Assembly (NCBI GenBank): GCA_963724765.1
Contig: CAVRVY010000004.1
Coordinates: 768,001-832,000, forward strand
DNA: 64,000 bases
From: an uncultured delta proteobacterium
GTDB taxonomy: Bacteria; Desulfobacterota; Binatia; Binatales; Binataceae
Reading direction: 5' to 3'
The notes under the pieces are model-generated. The model saw only the letters and a list, made by a program, of their open reading frames with translations, was not told the DNA's origin and did not search any database. This document shows, in pieces, positions 46,815-56,130 of the stretch. Both the position numbers and the translations under genes were made by a program. Numbering within the stretch: position 1 is the stretch's first letter; each line of letters begins with the position of its first letter.

Positions 46815-47870
46815 TTAGTCCTTGGGCATCGCCGCCAGCACACCGCGCGCGAGGTCCAGGAAGGCGCGGGTTGCGGGATGCTCGGGGTCTTTCAGCACAA
46901 TCGGCATCCCGGCGTCGCCCGCCTCGCGCACCTCGAGATGGATCGGTATCTGCGCCAGCACCCGCGTGCCCTCCTCCATCGCGAGCTTCGCTCCGCCGCC
47001 TGCGCCGAACAACTCGTCGCGCTCGCCGCAATCGGGACAGACGAAGTAGCTCATGTTCTCGACCACGCCGATAACCGGGCAGTGCAACTGATGCAGCATC
47101 CGCGCCGCCCGCGTCGCGTCGAGCAGCGCCACGTCCTGCGGCGTGGTGACGATGACCGCGCCATCGAGCGCGACCTGCTGGGCCAGCGTGAGCTGCGCGT
47201 CGCCGGTGCCCGGCGGCAGATCGACGATCAGAAAATCCTGCGTACCCCACAACGTGTCCTTCAGGAACTGGCGCACGGCGCCCATCACCATCGGGCCGCG
47301 CCAGATGACCGGCGACTTGTCGGTCAGGAAAAAACCCATCGAGATGAGCTTCACGCCGTAGCGCTCGACTGGGTAGAAATTCTGGCCGCCGGCCGCGCGC
47401 GGCCGCTCCTCATCCACCCCGAACATCATTGGCACCGACGGCCCATAAACGTCGGCGTCCATCAGCCCGACCGTCATCCCGAGTTGCTTGAGCGCCATCG
47501 CGAGGTTCACCGCGACCGTCGACTTGCCGACTCCGCCCTTGCCGCTCAGCACCGCGACCACGTAGCGCGTACCCTCCAGGCGCACGCGCCCGGTCTTCTC
47601 GCCCAACTCGGCCTCGAGCTTGCGCAGCTTGAGTTCGACCCGCGCAACGCCGAGGTCGCGCTTGAGCGTCGCGCTGATCGCGCCGGCGAGATCGTGCATT
47701 AGGCGGTCGTTCTCGCTCACCTGCCGCACGATCACCGCGAAGCCGCCGGCCATTTCCAACGGCTGGACGGCCTCGATAATTCCGAGCGAAACGACGTCGG
47801 CCGCATAGCCAGGATAATTCACCCGGCCCAGCGCCTCGAGCACTGCATCAACGGTTATCTGCCTGGCCAC
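46815..47870 (-). CDS. mrp: Mrp/NBP35 (ApbC) Fe-S cluster carrier ATPase
   Basis: SGKGGVGKST, DADVYGPS, WRGPM, DLPPGTGD, ENMS, CPDC. Confidence 0.93.
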   Translation of the reverse strand: MARQITVDAVLEALGRVNYPGYAADVVSLGIIEAVQPLEMAGGFAVIVRQVSENDRLMHDLAGAISATLKRDLGVARVELKLRKLEAELGEKTGRVRLEGTRYVVAVLSGKGGVGKSTVAVNLAMALKQLGMTVGLMDADVYGPSVPMMFGVDEERPRAAGGQNFYPVERYGVKLISMGFFLTDKSPVIWRGPMVMGAVRQFLKDTLWGTQDFLIVDLPPGTGDAQLTLAQQVALDGAVIVTTPQDVALLDATRAARMLHQLHCPVIGVVENMSYFVCPDCGERDELFGAGGGAKLAMEEGTRVLAQIPIHLEVREAGDAGMPIVLKDPEHPATRAFLDLARGVLAAMPKD

Positions 47871-47993
47871 GCGACGATTATTTCAGAAGCCGCGGCGCGC
47901 GCGAAGCGCTGTCAGGCGGCGCTGGCAACGCCGGCGCGATTTTGCGCGCGAATGTTTGCGAGTCGCTTTCGAATCGCGGGATTTAAGCCGCGT

Positions 47994-48383
47994 CTACTTC
48001 GAGTTGCGCTCGACGAATTCGAGCCGATTGCCCCAGGGATCGCGCACGAAAAAACGTTCCTGGCCGGGAAACCGGTTGCCCGCGACAATTTCGACTCGCG
48101 CCGCCGAAAGCCGCTCGCGCAATCCTTCGAGGTTTAAGACGCGAAAGGCAGGATGGCGCCGCGAAGCTCGATTCTCGGAGGACGCTCCGGCGCCGGTGAT
48201 GATATGCAGCTGCTGGAGACCGCACTGCAGCCATGCTCCGGGACGCCCATTGTCAGTGTTGGCGGGACGGTCGAGCGACGTAAGACCGAGAAGCTCGACG
48301 TAAAACTTGAGCGCGTGGCGCAGCGCCTCATCGCCGTCGTCAATCTGAATCGTTACGTGATCGATTCCGACGATATAGCTCAT
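47994..48383 (-). CDS. VOC/glyoxalase family protein
   Basis: IDHVTI, FYVELLGL, HPAF, RDPWGNRLE. Confidence 0.88.
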   Translation of the reverse strand: MSYIVGIDHVTIQIDDGDEALRHALKFYVELLGLTSLDRPANTDNGRPGAWLQCGLQQLHIITGAGASSENRASRRHPAFRVLNLEGLRERLSAARVEIVAGNRFPGQERFFVRDPWGNRLEFVERNSK

Positions 48384-48548
48384 GGCGCACCTCTCCGCAT
48401 CGATGTTTAATTCGAGTATCCATTCGGATCATAACACGGAGCGGCCGTGTCTGACCGAAACCTGACTCAAGAGTCGCGCAGAAGGTGCACAAATGAGTGG
48501 AGCCGGTTTCTAAACGAGCGCACGTGATTATTCGCGCGTGATTACCGC

Positions 48549-49628
48549 CTACGGGCGGCGCAGGTCCTGGATCACTTCGCGCACTGTGGCACGATCGCGG
48601 TCGCTCCGGAGCGGGATTTCGAAGTCGAGCCGGTTGACGCCGGCGAAGCGCTTTTTCATTACTGCCGCGATATCGCGGTAGGTGCCGACCGCGGCGAACG
48701 CGTGCACCATTTCCTCGGTCACCAGCTTCGGCATCTCGCCCCACTTCTGCTGCACGGAGAGCCGATGAAGCTGCTCGGCCCGATCGGCCCATCCGTCGAG
48801 CTCGAAACTCGCGCGGTACGATCGCGTCGAGCCATAGAACGCGATCGTCTCTTTCATCTTCTCGACTGCGCGCGCCAGTGAATCGGCGTCGGGTGCGACG
48901 CACAGAAATCCGCCGCCCGAAATCTGGAAGCTCTCCCATTCGGCGGCCGGCCGTCCCGACCTGGCGAAGCCCTTGCGCAGGTTGGGAAACGCGATTTCGT
49001 CAAGATAGCGGCGCGTGCAGATGCCGTGCAGGCGTACGCCGTCGCACACCTCACCCGCGACTTGCAGCATGTGCTCCTGAACCGCGGCGATCAGCACCGG
49101 GATATGCGGGTGCTTAAGCGGCGGCGGCGCGAAGTTCGGCGTCATCAGCGAGAGATTGTAGTGCTCGCTTTGAAAATCGAGCGGCGCACCGGTCTGCCAG
49201 GTGTTCCAGCACGCACGCATCGCACCGACATAGTCCTTCATCCGCTGCGCCGGCCTGGTAAACGGCATCCCGAAGCGCCGCGTGATATGGCCCTTCACCT
49301 GCGAGCCCAGCCCGAGTACGAGCCGCCCACCGCTCATCCGCTGGAGGTCCCACGCGGTGTATGCGGTTGCGACCGGGCTTTTCGTGAACGCGAGCGCGAT
49401 TCCCGTGCCGAGTTCGATCGTCGAAGGTTCCTGGGCGGCGACCGCGAGGATGAGGAACGGGTCGTGCTGCACTTCGACCGCGACGACCGTGTCGTAGCCG
49501 AGCGCGCCGGCTTCGCGCACCTGCTCGCCCAGCGTCGTCCAGGCCGGCTCGGGTTTGCCGCCCGCGCCCATCTCGGGCGTATAGGCGGCGCCGAGATTCA
49601 GCATGCGTTCGATTTTGATTTTCGCCAC
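48549..49628 (-). CDS. F420-dependent LLM oxidoreductase (TIGR03617-like)
   Basis: HDPF, LGTGIALAF, AWDLQ, LGLGSQVKGHITRRFG, IAFYGST; GTG start inferred. Confidence 0.85.
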   Translation of the reverse strand: MAKIKIERMLNLGAAYTPEMGAGGKPEPAWTTLGEQVREAGALGYDTVVAVEVQHDPFLILAVAAQEPSTIELGTGIALAFTKSPVATAYTAWDLQRMSGGRLVLGLGSQVKGHITRRFGMPFTRPAQRMKDYVGAMRACWNTWQTGAPLDFQSEHYNLSLMTPNFAPPPLKHPHIPVLIAAVQEHMLQVAGEVCDGVRLHGICTRRYLDEIAFPNLRKGFARSGRPAAEWESFQISGGGFLCVAPDADSLARAVEKMKETIAFYGSTRSYRASFELDGWADRAEQLHRLSVQQKWGEMPKLVTEEMVHAFAAVGTYRDIAAVMKKRFAGVNRLDFEIPLRSDRDRATVREVIQDLRRP

Positions 49629-49638
49629 GGCGTGATGA

Positions 49639-50883
49639 CTAGGCCGCGATGCCCGGCGCGGGGAAGCGGCGGCACATCTCGGTGACCTCGCCGTTGATCC
49701 GCCCGAGCGCGGCCTCGTCGTCGGCGTGCGCGACCGTCTGGTCAATCCATCGCGCGATCTGGCGCATCTCGCCCTCGCCCATCCCGCGCGAGGTAACTGC
49801 CGGCGTTCCGAGCCGCAATCCGCTGGGGCTGAAGGGTTTGCGCGGATCGTAAGGCACGGTGTTGTAGTTGCAGACGATTCCCGCGCGGTCGAGCGCCTGC
49901 GCCGCCTTCTTGCCGATCACTTTTTTGTTGGTGAGGTCGATCAGGATGAGATGGTTGTCGGTGCCGCCCGAGACCAGGTTGAAGCCATGCGCGAGCAATT
50001 CCTCGGCCATCGCCCTGGCGTTGCGCACGATCTGATGGCCGTACTCCCTGAAGGCCGGAGTCGCCGCCTCCTTGAGCGCCACGCCAATCGCGGCGGTGGT
50101 GTGGTTGTGCGGGCCGCCTTGCAGGCCGGGGAAGACCGCCTTGTCGATTTTCTCAGCGACTTCGTTGCGGCAGAGGATCATCGCGCCGCGCGGCCCGCGC
50201 AGCGTCTTGTGCGTGGTGGTGGTGACGACGTCGGCGTAGGGCACGGCGTCGGGATGCGCGCCAGCGACGATCAGCCCGGCGATGTGCGAGATGTCGGCCA
50301 GCATGAATGCGCCGACCTCTTTTGCAATTTCACCGAAAATCTTGAAGTCGAACTGGCGCGGATAGGCGGTCGCGCCGGTAACGATAATCTTCGGCCGCTC
50401 CTTTTTCGCCAGATCGCGCACCGCGTCGTAGTCGATACGCTGGCTTTCGCGATCGACCTGGTAATGCACCGCGCGCCAGAAAATTCCGGTCGCGCTGACC
50501 GCCCATCCGTGGGTCAGATGGCCGCCGTGCGGCAGCGCCAGGCCCATCAGTGTCTCGCCCGGCTTGAGCAGTGCGAGGTAGACCGCGAGGTTGGCGGGCG
50601 AGCCCGAGTAGGGCTGGACGTTGGCGTGCTCGGCCCCGAAAAGCGCACGGGCGCGGGCGACGACGACGTTTTCTATTTGGTCGATGTAGCGCTGGCCCTC
50701 GTAGTAGCGCCGTCCCGAGTAGCCTTCGGAGTACTTGTTGGTGAGGATCGAACCGGTCGCCTCGAGCACCGCGCGCGAGACGTAGTTCTCCGAGGGGATG
50801 AGGCGCACGGAATCGATCTCGTAACGCTCTTCGGCGCGGATCAGATCGTAAATTTCGGGATCGGTCTGCTTAAGCGCGTCCAT
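49639..50883 (-). CDS. glyA: Serine hydroxymethyltransferase
   Basis: LIPSEN, NKYSEGY, GGHLTHG, TTTTHKTLRGPRG, PGLQGGP. Confidence 0.97.
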   Translation of the reverse strand: MDALKQTDPEIYDLIRAEERYEIDSVRLIPSENYVSRAVLEATGSILTNKYSEGYSGRRYYEGQRYIDQIENVVVARARALFGAEHANVQPYSGSPANLAVYLALLKPGETLMGLALPHGGHLTHGWAVSATGIFWRAVHYQVDRESQRIDYDAVRDLAKKERPKIIVTGATAYPRQFDFKIFGEIAKEVGAFMLADISHIAGLIVAGAHPDAVPYADVVTTTTHKTLRGPRGAMILCRNEVAEKIDKAVFPGLQGGPHNHTTAAIGVALKEAATPAFREYGHQIVRNARAMAEELLAHGFNLVSGGTDNHLILIDLTNKKVIGKKAAQALDRAGIVCNYNTVPYDPRKPFSPSGLRLGTPAVTSRGMGEGEMRQIARWIDQTVAHADDEAALGRINGEVTEMCRRFPAPGIAA

Positions 50884-50914
50884 TATTTTTCCGCCGTTTG
50901 GTCTGGTTGCTGAA

Positions 50915-52279
50915 TTAGTGCAAGTCCTCCGGCGTGACGCGCGCGATCCACGCCCGGTAGTTGCCCTCATAACCGATCGAGCGCTGGCGCTCGCGCACCC
51001 GGCGCATCACCTCGGCCACCTGCTCCGGCCCCAACCCTGGCCGCGCTTTCATCGCTTCGGCAATCCGCTCGGCCTGAGGCCCGGCCTCCTTGCGCGCGCC
51101 CTCGGCCAACGGAACCTCGTCGCCGTTTAGTCCCAGGTAGCTCTCGGCCACGTGGATACCGACGAAGGTGCCGCTCTCGAGCGAGTCCTTGATATTGCCC
51201 TTGCCGGTCAGCACGTTGCCCGCTGCGTACACCGCCGTCGGTCCGTCGTCGATAAGACCGACCGTGGCGTCGATATACGCGTAGACTTCGCCCTTGGCCG
51301 GGATGCCGGGGATTTGCTCAGGGATGCTGCCGATGGAGCTGATAGTTAGTGGCGCGCGCACCGGCGACGCCGAGTCGGGGAGCGTGCGCACCTGGCCGTC
51401 GGCGACCTCGGTACGGCTCATCTGCAGTCCGACCATCTGGCCGCCCTCGACGATGAGCCCGGTCGGCACGCGCAACGGCTCGAACTCGAAGAGGTACTTG
51501 CGCTGCGCCTTGTCCAGGATTTTCGCGCGCGCCGCGCGCATCGCCTCCGCCCGCTTGGGCGGCGCGTCGGGCGCGATGTCGGAGAGCGGCATGTCGAGGA
51601 CGCGCCGGCGATAGAAGAGTTTGCACGGGACGACCCCGAGGTCGGCATACTTGAGCCCGTGCGCACCGAGCACCGGTTCGAGACCCTCGCGCTCCAGCCG
51701 CAGCATGTCTTCCTCGACGCCACGCTCGCGCAGCGCCTTGAGCGCGGTTTCGATCTGGAGCACTTTGACCACGTCGATCGAGGCGAGGCCGCCGCCGATC
51801 ACGATAGTGCCGGGCGGCAGATCGAAGCGCGGCCCGCTGTAGGCCTTCTCGGGATAGTGGTTGAACCAGTAGATGAGCCGGTTCTGATAAACCAGGCCGC
51901 GATCGATAAAGCGGTCGGCGCCTTCGATCGCGAGCGGACGGTCGCGCCATGCGCCGTGCGCGAGCACGACCGCGCTCAGGCCCCATCGCAGGCGCAGATC
52001 GTCATACGTGATGTCGGCGCCCATCCGGGTCAGCGGAACGAACTCGATGTTGGGATGGTCGAGACGCCGGTTTATCTCTTCGTACTCGTCCCGGCGTTGC
52101 TTGACGTGCCATCGCGGCAGCCCGTCCTCGATCTTTCCGTAGGGACGGGGATTCTGTTCGATAACGACGACCTGCGCGCCGCGCTTGGCCAGGATGTGGG
52201 CGATTTCAGCGCCCGCGGTAGCGGCGCCAACCACCGCGACGACGTGCCGCAGCGTTTCTCTGGTTATGGATTCCGTCAT
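50915..52279 (-). CDS. FAD/NAD(P)-dependent oxidoreductase (GltD/ferredoxin-NADP reductase-like)
   Basis: Variant Rossmann VVGAATAG, PYGKIEDGLP, second motif GGGLASID, YRR, AAGN. Confidence 0.72.
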   Translation of the reverse strand: MTESITRETLRHVVAVVGAATAGAEIAHILAKRGAQVVVIEQNPRPYGKIEDGLPRWHVKQRRDEYEEINRRLDHPNIEFVPLTRMGADITYDDLRLRWGLSAVVLAHGAWRDRPLAIEGADRFIDRGLVYQNRLIYWFNHYPEKAYSGPRFDLPPGTIVIGGGLASIDVVKVLQIETALKALRERGVEEDMLRLEREGLEPVLGAHGLKYADLGVVPCKLFYRRRVLDMPLSDIAPDAPPKRAEAMRAARAKILDKAQRKYLFEFEPLRVPTGLIVEGGQMVGLQMSRTEVADGQVRTLPDSASPVRAPLTISSIGSIPEQIPGIPAKGEVYAYIDATVGLIDDGPTAVYAAGNVLTGKGNIKDSLESGTFVGIHVAESYLGLNGDEVPLAEGARKEAGPQAERIAEAMKARPGLGPEQVAEVMRRVRERQRSIGYEGNYRAWIARVTPEDLH

Positions 52280-52501
52280 GGGGCGTGAATCTTAGCGTTG
52301 AGGAACGGTGCGGTGAAAGAGCCTCCGGGGGAATCGCCGTGCATCCGCCACAAAATTTTGTAACACAAGATGGCGGCGTATATGAACCGCTGAATCAGCT
52401 AACCAGCGCGCGCGTTTCGTCTTGCGCCCGGCGAAGGCTCATGGTTGTCTGTTGGGTTGTCTGGACAGCGCGGCGCTCGCCACGCTGGTCGGGCTGTCAC
52501 G

Positions 52502-53200
52502 ATGGCTATGTACAACAGACAGGCTGCTGCGAGATGGGCGCTCTGGATAGCAGTGGGCGTGATGTCCCTGCTTGCGGGATGTTACGTCGGAATGTGGAGC
52601 TCGAGCTCGCATTGGGACACGGCCGACGCCGCCCTGGGCGAGGAACACGACGTCAACTTTCCCGTACACGATACTTATCTGTTGACCCAGGACGCGCTGC
52701 GCGGCGACGGTATCCTCTACGAGGTCGGTCCCGACAATTCCCTGATAACGCTCTGGCGCGATGCCGACACCAAGGTCGGGGTCATGCAGAGCATGGTCGG
52801 GATGCAGGCGCGCTATCGCTACGAGATCCAGGTCACGCCCGAAGGCAGCCAGAAGAGTAAGGTCGTGGTCAACGTCCATACCGAGGGCATCCCCGACAAC
52901 CAGATCGCCGATTACAAGGCGAGCAAGCGCTTCGCGCTGTTCGGCGAAATCGACGAGTTGGCGGCGAAGTACCCTCCGCCCTCCAACACTCCCGCCTCCG
53001 GCGGGGTCAACTTCACCTTGCTGCCCAACGAGGACCTCAAGGGTCTCGCCAAGCGCGTGACCGGCAGCGAGGACAACTGGAGGCAGATCGCTAAGGACAA
53101 CAGCCTCAACTCACCCACCGACGTCACCCCGTTCCAGAGTATCTGGGTCGCCAGCAACCTGCTCAAACGGGCCCCGAATAGCCCCAGCTCTACCGAATAG
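52502..53200 (+). CDS. Lipoprotein with C-terminal LysM-like domain
   Basis: Lipobox LLAGC; C-terminus EDLKGLAKRVTGSEDNWRQIAKDNSLNSPTDV..QSIWV fits the LysM pattern. Confidence 0.7.
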   Translation: MAMYNRQAAARWALWIAVGVMSLLAGCYVGMWSSSSHWDTADAALGEEHDVNFPVHDTYLLTQDALRGDGILYEVGPDNSLITLWRDADTKVGVMQSMVGMQARYRYEIQVTPEGSQKSKVVVNVHTEGIPDNQIADYKASKRFALFGEIDELAAKYPPPSNTPASGGVNFTLLPNEDLKGLAKRVTGSEDNWRQIAKDNSLNSPTDVTPFQSIWVASNLLKRAPNSPSSTE

Positions 53201-53275
53201 AGCCGTCGCCCACGGCGCGGACCGACACCAGTGGACTCAACGGGGAAAAGCTTAAGGGAAACGCGCGCCGGCCGA

Positions 53276-53539
53276 TCAGTCGCCGGTCTGAACCGGATCG
53301 CTCTCGTCGTATTCGGGGCAAAGTCCGGTAGGACTGACAGCAGCCACGACGCTGAGAAACTGTTCGAAAGTCATCTGAAGGTTGAGGAAGCCACCTTGAC
53401 AGAAAACCCAGCCATAATAGTCAAGGATTTCATCCGGAATCATCAGCGGCAGGCGTGGCAGGCTAGAGACTGTCGGAAAACGGCGTGGGGCGTCCGGATG
53501 TGGCAGGGCTTCGTCACCCGCTCTGACACCCCCGTCCAT
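53276..53539 (-). CDS. Small hypothetical protein
   Basis: 87-aa ORF with protein-like core (IPDEILDYYGWVFCQGGFLNLQMTFEQFL) filling an otherwise empty gap. Confidence 0.55.
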   Translation of the reverse strand: MDGGVRAGDEALPHPDAPRRFPTVSSLPRLPLMIPDEILDYYGWVFCQGGFLNLQMTFEQFLSVVAAVSPTGLCPEYDESDPVQTGD

Positions 53540-53753
53540 CACAACACTCGTCTCTCGTAAGGAGACAACATTGCCCTTGACGCCGCGATGCATCGATGCC
53601 GTCGCTCCTGATTTGCTTACAAACTGCACTGCAACATCCTATGTGGGTTTGCGGTCCTTGCCAAGCATCCCCTGGCGCACTAACGCCGGCTCCCAGTCAC
53701 ACTAGAAGAATTCTGCTTGCAGGCTCCATATTGAGCTAAATGGCTGAAAAATA

Positions 53754-54539
53754 ATGATATCACATCTTCATGCGATAATTCTGGGCGCCGTGCAGGGTCT
53801 CGCCGAGTTTCTTCCCATCTCCAGTTCGGCCCATCTGATTCTGGTCCCGTGGCTATTCAAATGGCAGGACCCGGGACTCGCCTTCGATGTCGCCTTGCAT
53901 CTGGGTACGCTTCTGGCGCTGCTCATTTACTATTGGGAGGACTGGATCGCGATGGCGCGCTCCGTAGCCGGAGGACACCCCGCTGAGCGGCGGCTGCTGC
54001 AGCTCCTCATCGCGGCCTCGATTCCCGGAGCCATAATCGGCCTCGCCTTCGAGAAGCAGGCCGAGACGACTTTTCGCTCTCCACTGTTGATAGCGATCGC
54101 TATGGCGATCCTGGCAGTCCTGTTGTGGCTGTTTGACAAGCTCTCGCCACAGAAGCGAACGATGAGCGAAATGACTTACTGGGACGCGCTATTGATCGGA
54201 TTCAGCCAGGCGTTGGCGATCGTCCCGGGAGTGTCGCGCTCGGGAGCCACGATTACGATGGCGCGGGCGGTACGAGTCGAACGCGGTGACTCGGCCAACT
54301 TTTCCTTCCTGATGGCGACGCCGATCATCGCCGGCGCTGGATTGATCGAGGCTCGCAAGCTTCTTCACGAAGGCCTCGACTGGTCGGTCGGCCTGGGCTT
54401 CATTTCGGCCGCCGTCTTCGGCCTCGCCGCAATCGCCTTTTTGATCCGCTACGTGCGAACACGCAATTACGTCGTGTTCGCCGTCTATCGGCTGCTAGTC
54501 GCGGCGTTGGTCATAGCCGTCTTCTTCGCCCGTGGCTGA
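53754..54539 (+). CDS. uppP: Undecaprenyl-diphosphate phosphatase
   Basis: QGLAEFLPISSSAHL, HLGTLLA, PGVSRSGAT, FSFL. Confidence 0.96.
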   Translation: MISHLHAIILGAVQGLAEFLPISSSAHLILVPWLFKWQDPGLAFDVALHLGTLLALLIYYWEDWIAMARSVAGGHPAERRLLQLLIAASIPGAIIGLAFEKQAETTFRSPLLIAIAMAILAVLLWLFDKLSPQKRTMSEMTYWDALLIGFSQALAIVPGVSRSGATITMARAVRVERGDSANFSFLMATPIIAGAGLIEARKLLHEGLDWSVGLGFISAAVFGLAAIAFLIRYVRTRNYVVFAVYRLLVAALVIAVFFARG

Positions 54540-54655
54540 GCGCGCGCGCCAAGCCTCTTCGCCATCGCGCCGCGGCGCGTAGACGAACGGACGCGCCGGC
54601 CATCGCTACCAGGGCTTCTATCGCCAATCCGAGCAGCCGCGCCATCGGCCTGACA

Positions 54656-55570
54656 ATGGCGGCGCTATGCACGCTCACAGCGGCCATCCAGCCGGCCCTG
54701 ATGCGCTTTGGCGCCACGCGTCTGGATCCGATGCTTTTCGCGGCCGGATGCACAGTGGTGGCGACTCTATGCGTCCTGCCGGTGCTGCACGCGCGCGGCG
54801 AACTGGGTTTGCTGGTCGACCGGCGCTACCGGATGCGGCTGCTGCTGCTCTCGATAATCGGGACGGTCGTGACGACACTTACCCTGATCTTCGGCCTGCG
54901 CCATATCGACGCCGTGGCCGGAACGCTGTTGCTTCAGAGCGAGCCGATATATTCGCTGTTACTGGCCACGCTATTCGCTGGCGAGCGCCCCACGCTCCGC
55001 CAGCTCGCCGCCACCGTAATCATAATCACCGGCATCGTCTCGGCTGCGGGCGCGTCGAGCGAGGCCTATTCGCCGGCCTGGGCGGCGATGCTGGTCGTAG
55101 GAACGCCGTTGTTCTGGCAGACCTCGCATGTCCTGTCGCTGCCGGTGATGCCGCCGTTGTCACCGGTCTGCATGACCGGCGCCCGTTATGGTTACGCAGC
55201 CGTCGTGCTGACGCTGGCCCTGGCCGTGGTAAATCCGCATGCGGTGGTGCAACTGGCCGACCCGGTGGTGCTCGGAACAATCGTCACGACCGGCACCGTT
55301 TGCTATTTCCTCGCTACGCTGGCCTGGTATGGGGCGATCAGCCGGCTATCGCTGGCATGGACGACTGCGCTGGTCATTCCGGGCATCCCGCTGCTGTCGA
55401 TACTGTGCGCGATTGTATTTTTGGGCGAGCATGCCACCTGGCGCGATCTTATCGGAATACTCATATCGATCTCCGGCGTGCTCCTGCTGGTGCTCGGCGC
55501 CGAAGGCGTACGCAGCGTGCCGGCCAGTTCCGCGCAAGCGGTGGAGGCGATCCATCAACCAATGAATTGA
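54656..55570 (+). CDS. DMT/EamA family transporter
   Basis: Two EamA-like halves (EPIYSLLLATLFAGER, PLLSILCAIVFLGEH), about 10 TM. Confidence 0.85.
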   Translation: MAALCTLTAAIQPALMRFGATRLDPMLFAAGCTVVATLCVLPVLHARGELGLLVDRRYRMRLLLLSIIGTVVTTLTLIFGLRHIDAVAGTLLLQSEPIYSLLLATLFAGERPTLRQLAATVIIITGIVSAAGASSEAYSPAWAAMLVVGTPLFWQTSHVLSLPVMPPLSPVCMTGARYGYAAVVLTLALAVVNPHAVVQLADPVVLGTIVTTGTVCYFLATLAWYGAISRLSLAWTTALVIPGIPLLSILCAIVFLGEHATWRDLIGILISISGVLLLVLGAEGVRSVPASSAQAVEAIHQPMN

Positions 55571-55690
55571 CCTCGTCATGAATTGATTCCACTACGAATT
55601 GACCCCGCTACGAATCGGTCCGGCTCTGCCTGAAGCGGCCGCCGCGCGCGTCAACGCTACGTGAGAAGCCCGCCGCCGCTACGAATCGGT
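55562..55690. repeat. Degenerate 16-bp tandem array x4 starting at the DMT stop, plus a displaced fifth copy
   Basis: ATGAATTGACCTCGTC / ATGAATTGATTCCACT / ACGAATTGACCCCGCT / ACGAATCGGTCCGGCT; CCGCTACGAATCGGT is exact at 55605 and 55676. Confidence 0.75.
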
Positions 55691-55806
55691 TTGACTAACA
55701 GTTCAGACTCGTCTCTATTGCTCGGAGTGAGTGGCTAGGAAGTCAGCGGCTTGGAAATCACGGCGCGCATCGACATGGCGCGCCGGGCAAAACAGAGGAA
55801 TTCGCG

Positions 55807-56010
55807 ATGGCCCGACTGGTGCAACACGAACGCAACACTCCATACGAAATCCCCGCGGGCACCGAACTGCCGGTATACATCTGCGCCTGTGGCCTTTCGA
55901 AGAATAAGCCCTTTTGCGACGGCGCGCACAAGCGTACCCGCGACGAGGACCACGCTGCGCTCTACAGCTACGACGAAGACGCGCGAATCAAACTCCAGAA
56001 GCAATACTAA
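55807..56010 (+). CDS. CDGSH iron-sulfur domain protein
   Basis: CACGLSKNKPFCDGAH motif; SD GAGG. Confidence 0.92.
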   Translation: MARLVQHERNTPYEIPAGTELPVYICACGLSKNKPFCDGAHKRTRDEDHAALYSYDEDARIKLQKQY

Positions 56011-56058
56011 GGCCCGCCGCTGATGCGCCCGCGCGCGTGCGACGCATCCGCCGAGGCC

Positions 56059-56087
56059 CGCAGGCCTGCCGCCGCGGCAGGCCTGCG
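56059..56087. terminator. Perfect 13-bp hairpin between the CDGSH and ArnT-like genes
   Basis: CGCAGGCCTGCCG-CCG-CGGCAGGCCTGCG; no U-tract, so possibly REP-like or a stabilising hairpin. Confidence 0.45.
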
Positions 56088-56130
56088 CCGCGCGATGCTT
56101 CCGGCGCGGTGAATCTGTATCCTCAGTGCG

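Noticed and set aside
48430-48500. Glycine-riboswitch-like words (CGCAGAAGGTGCA) near glyA
   Set aside because: Wrong strand and position relative to glyA, and lacks the CTCTCAGG core.
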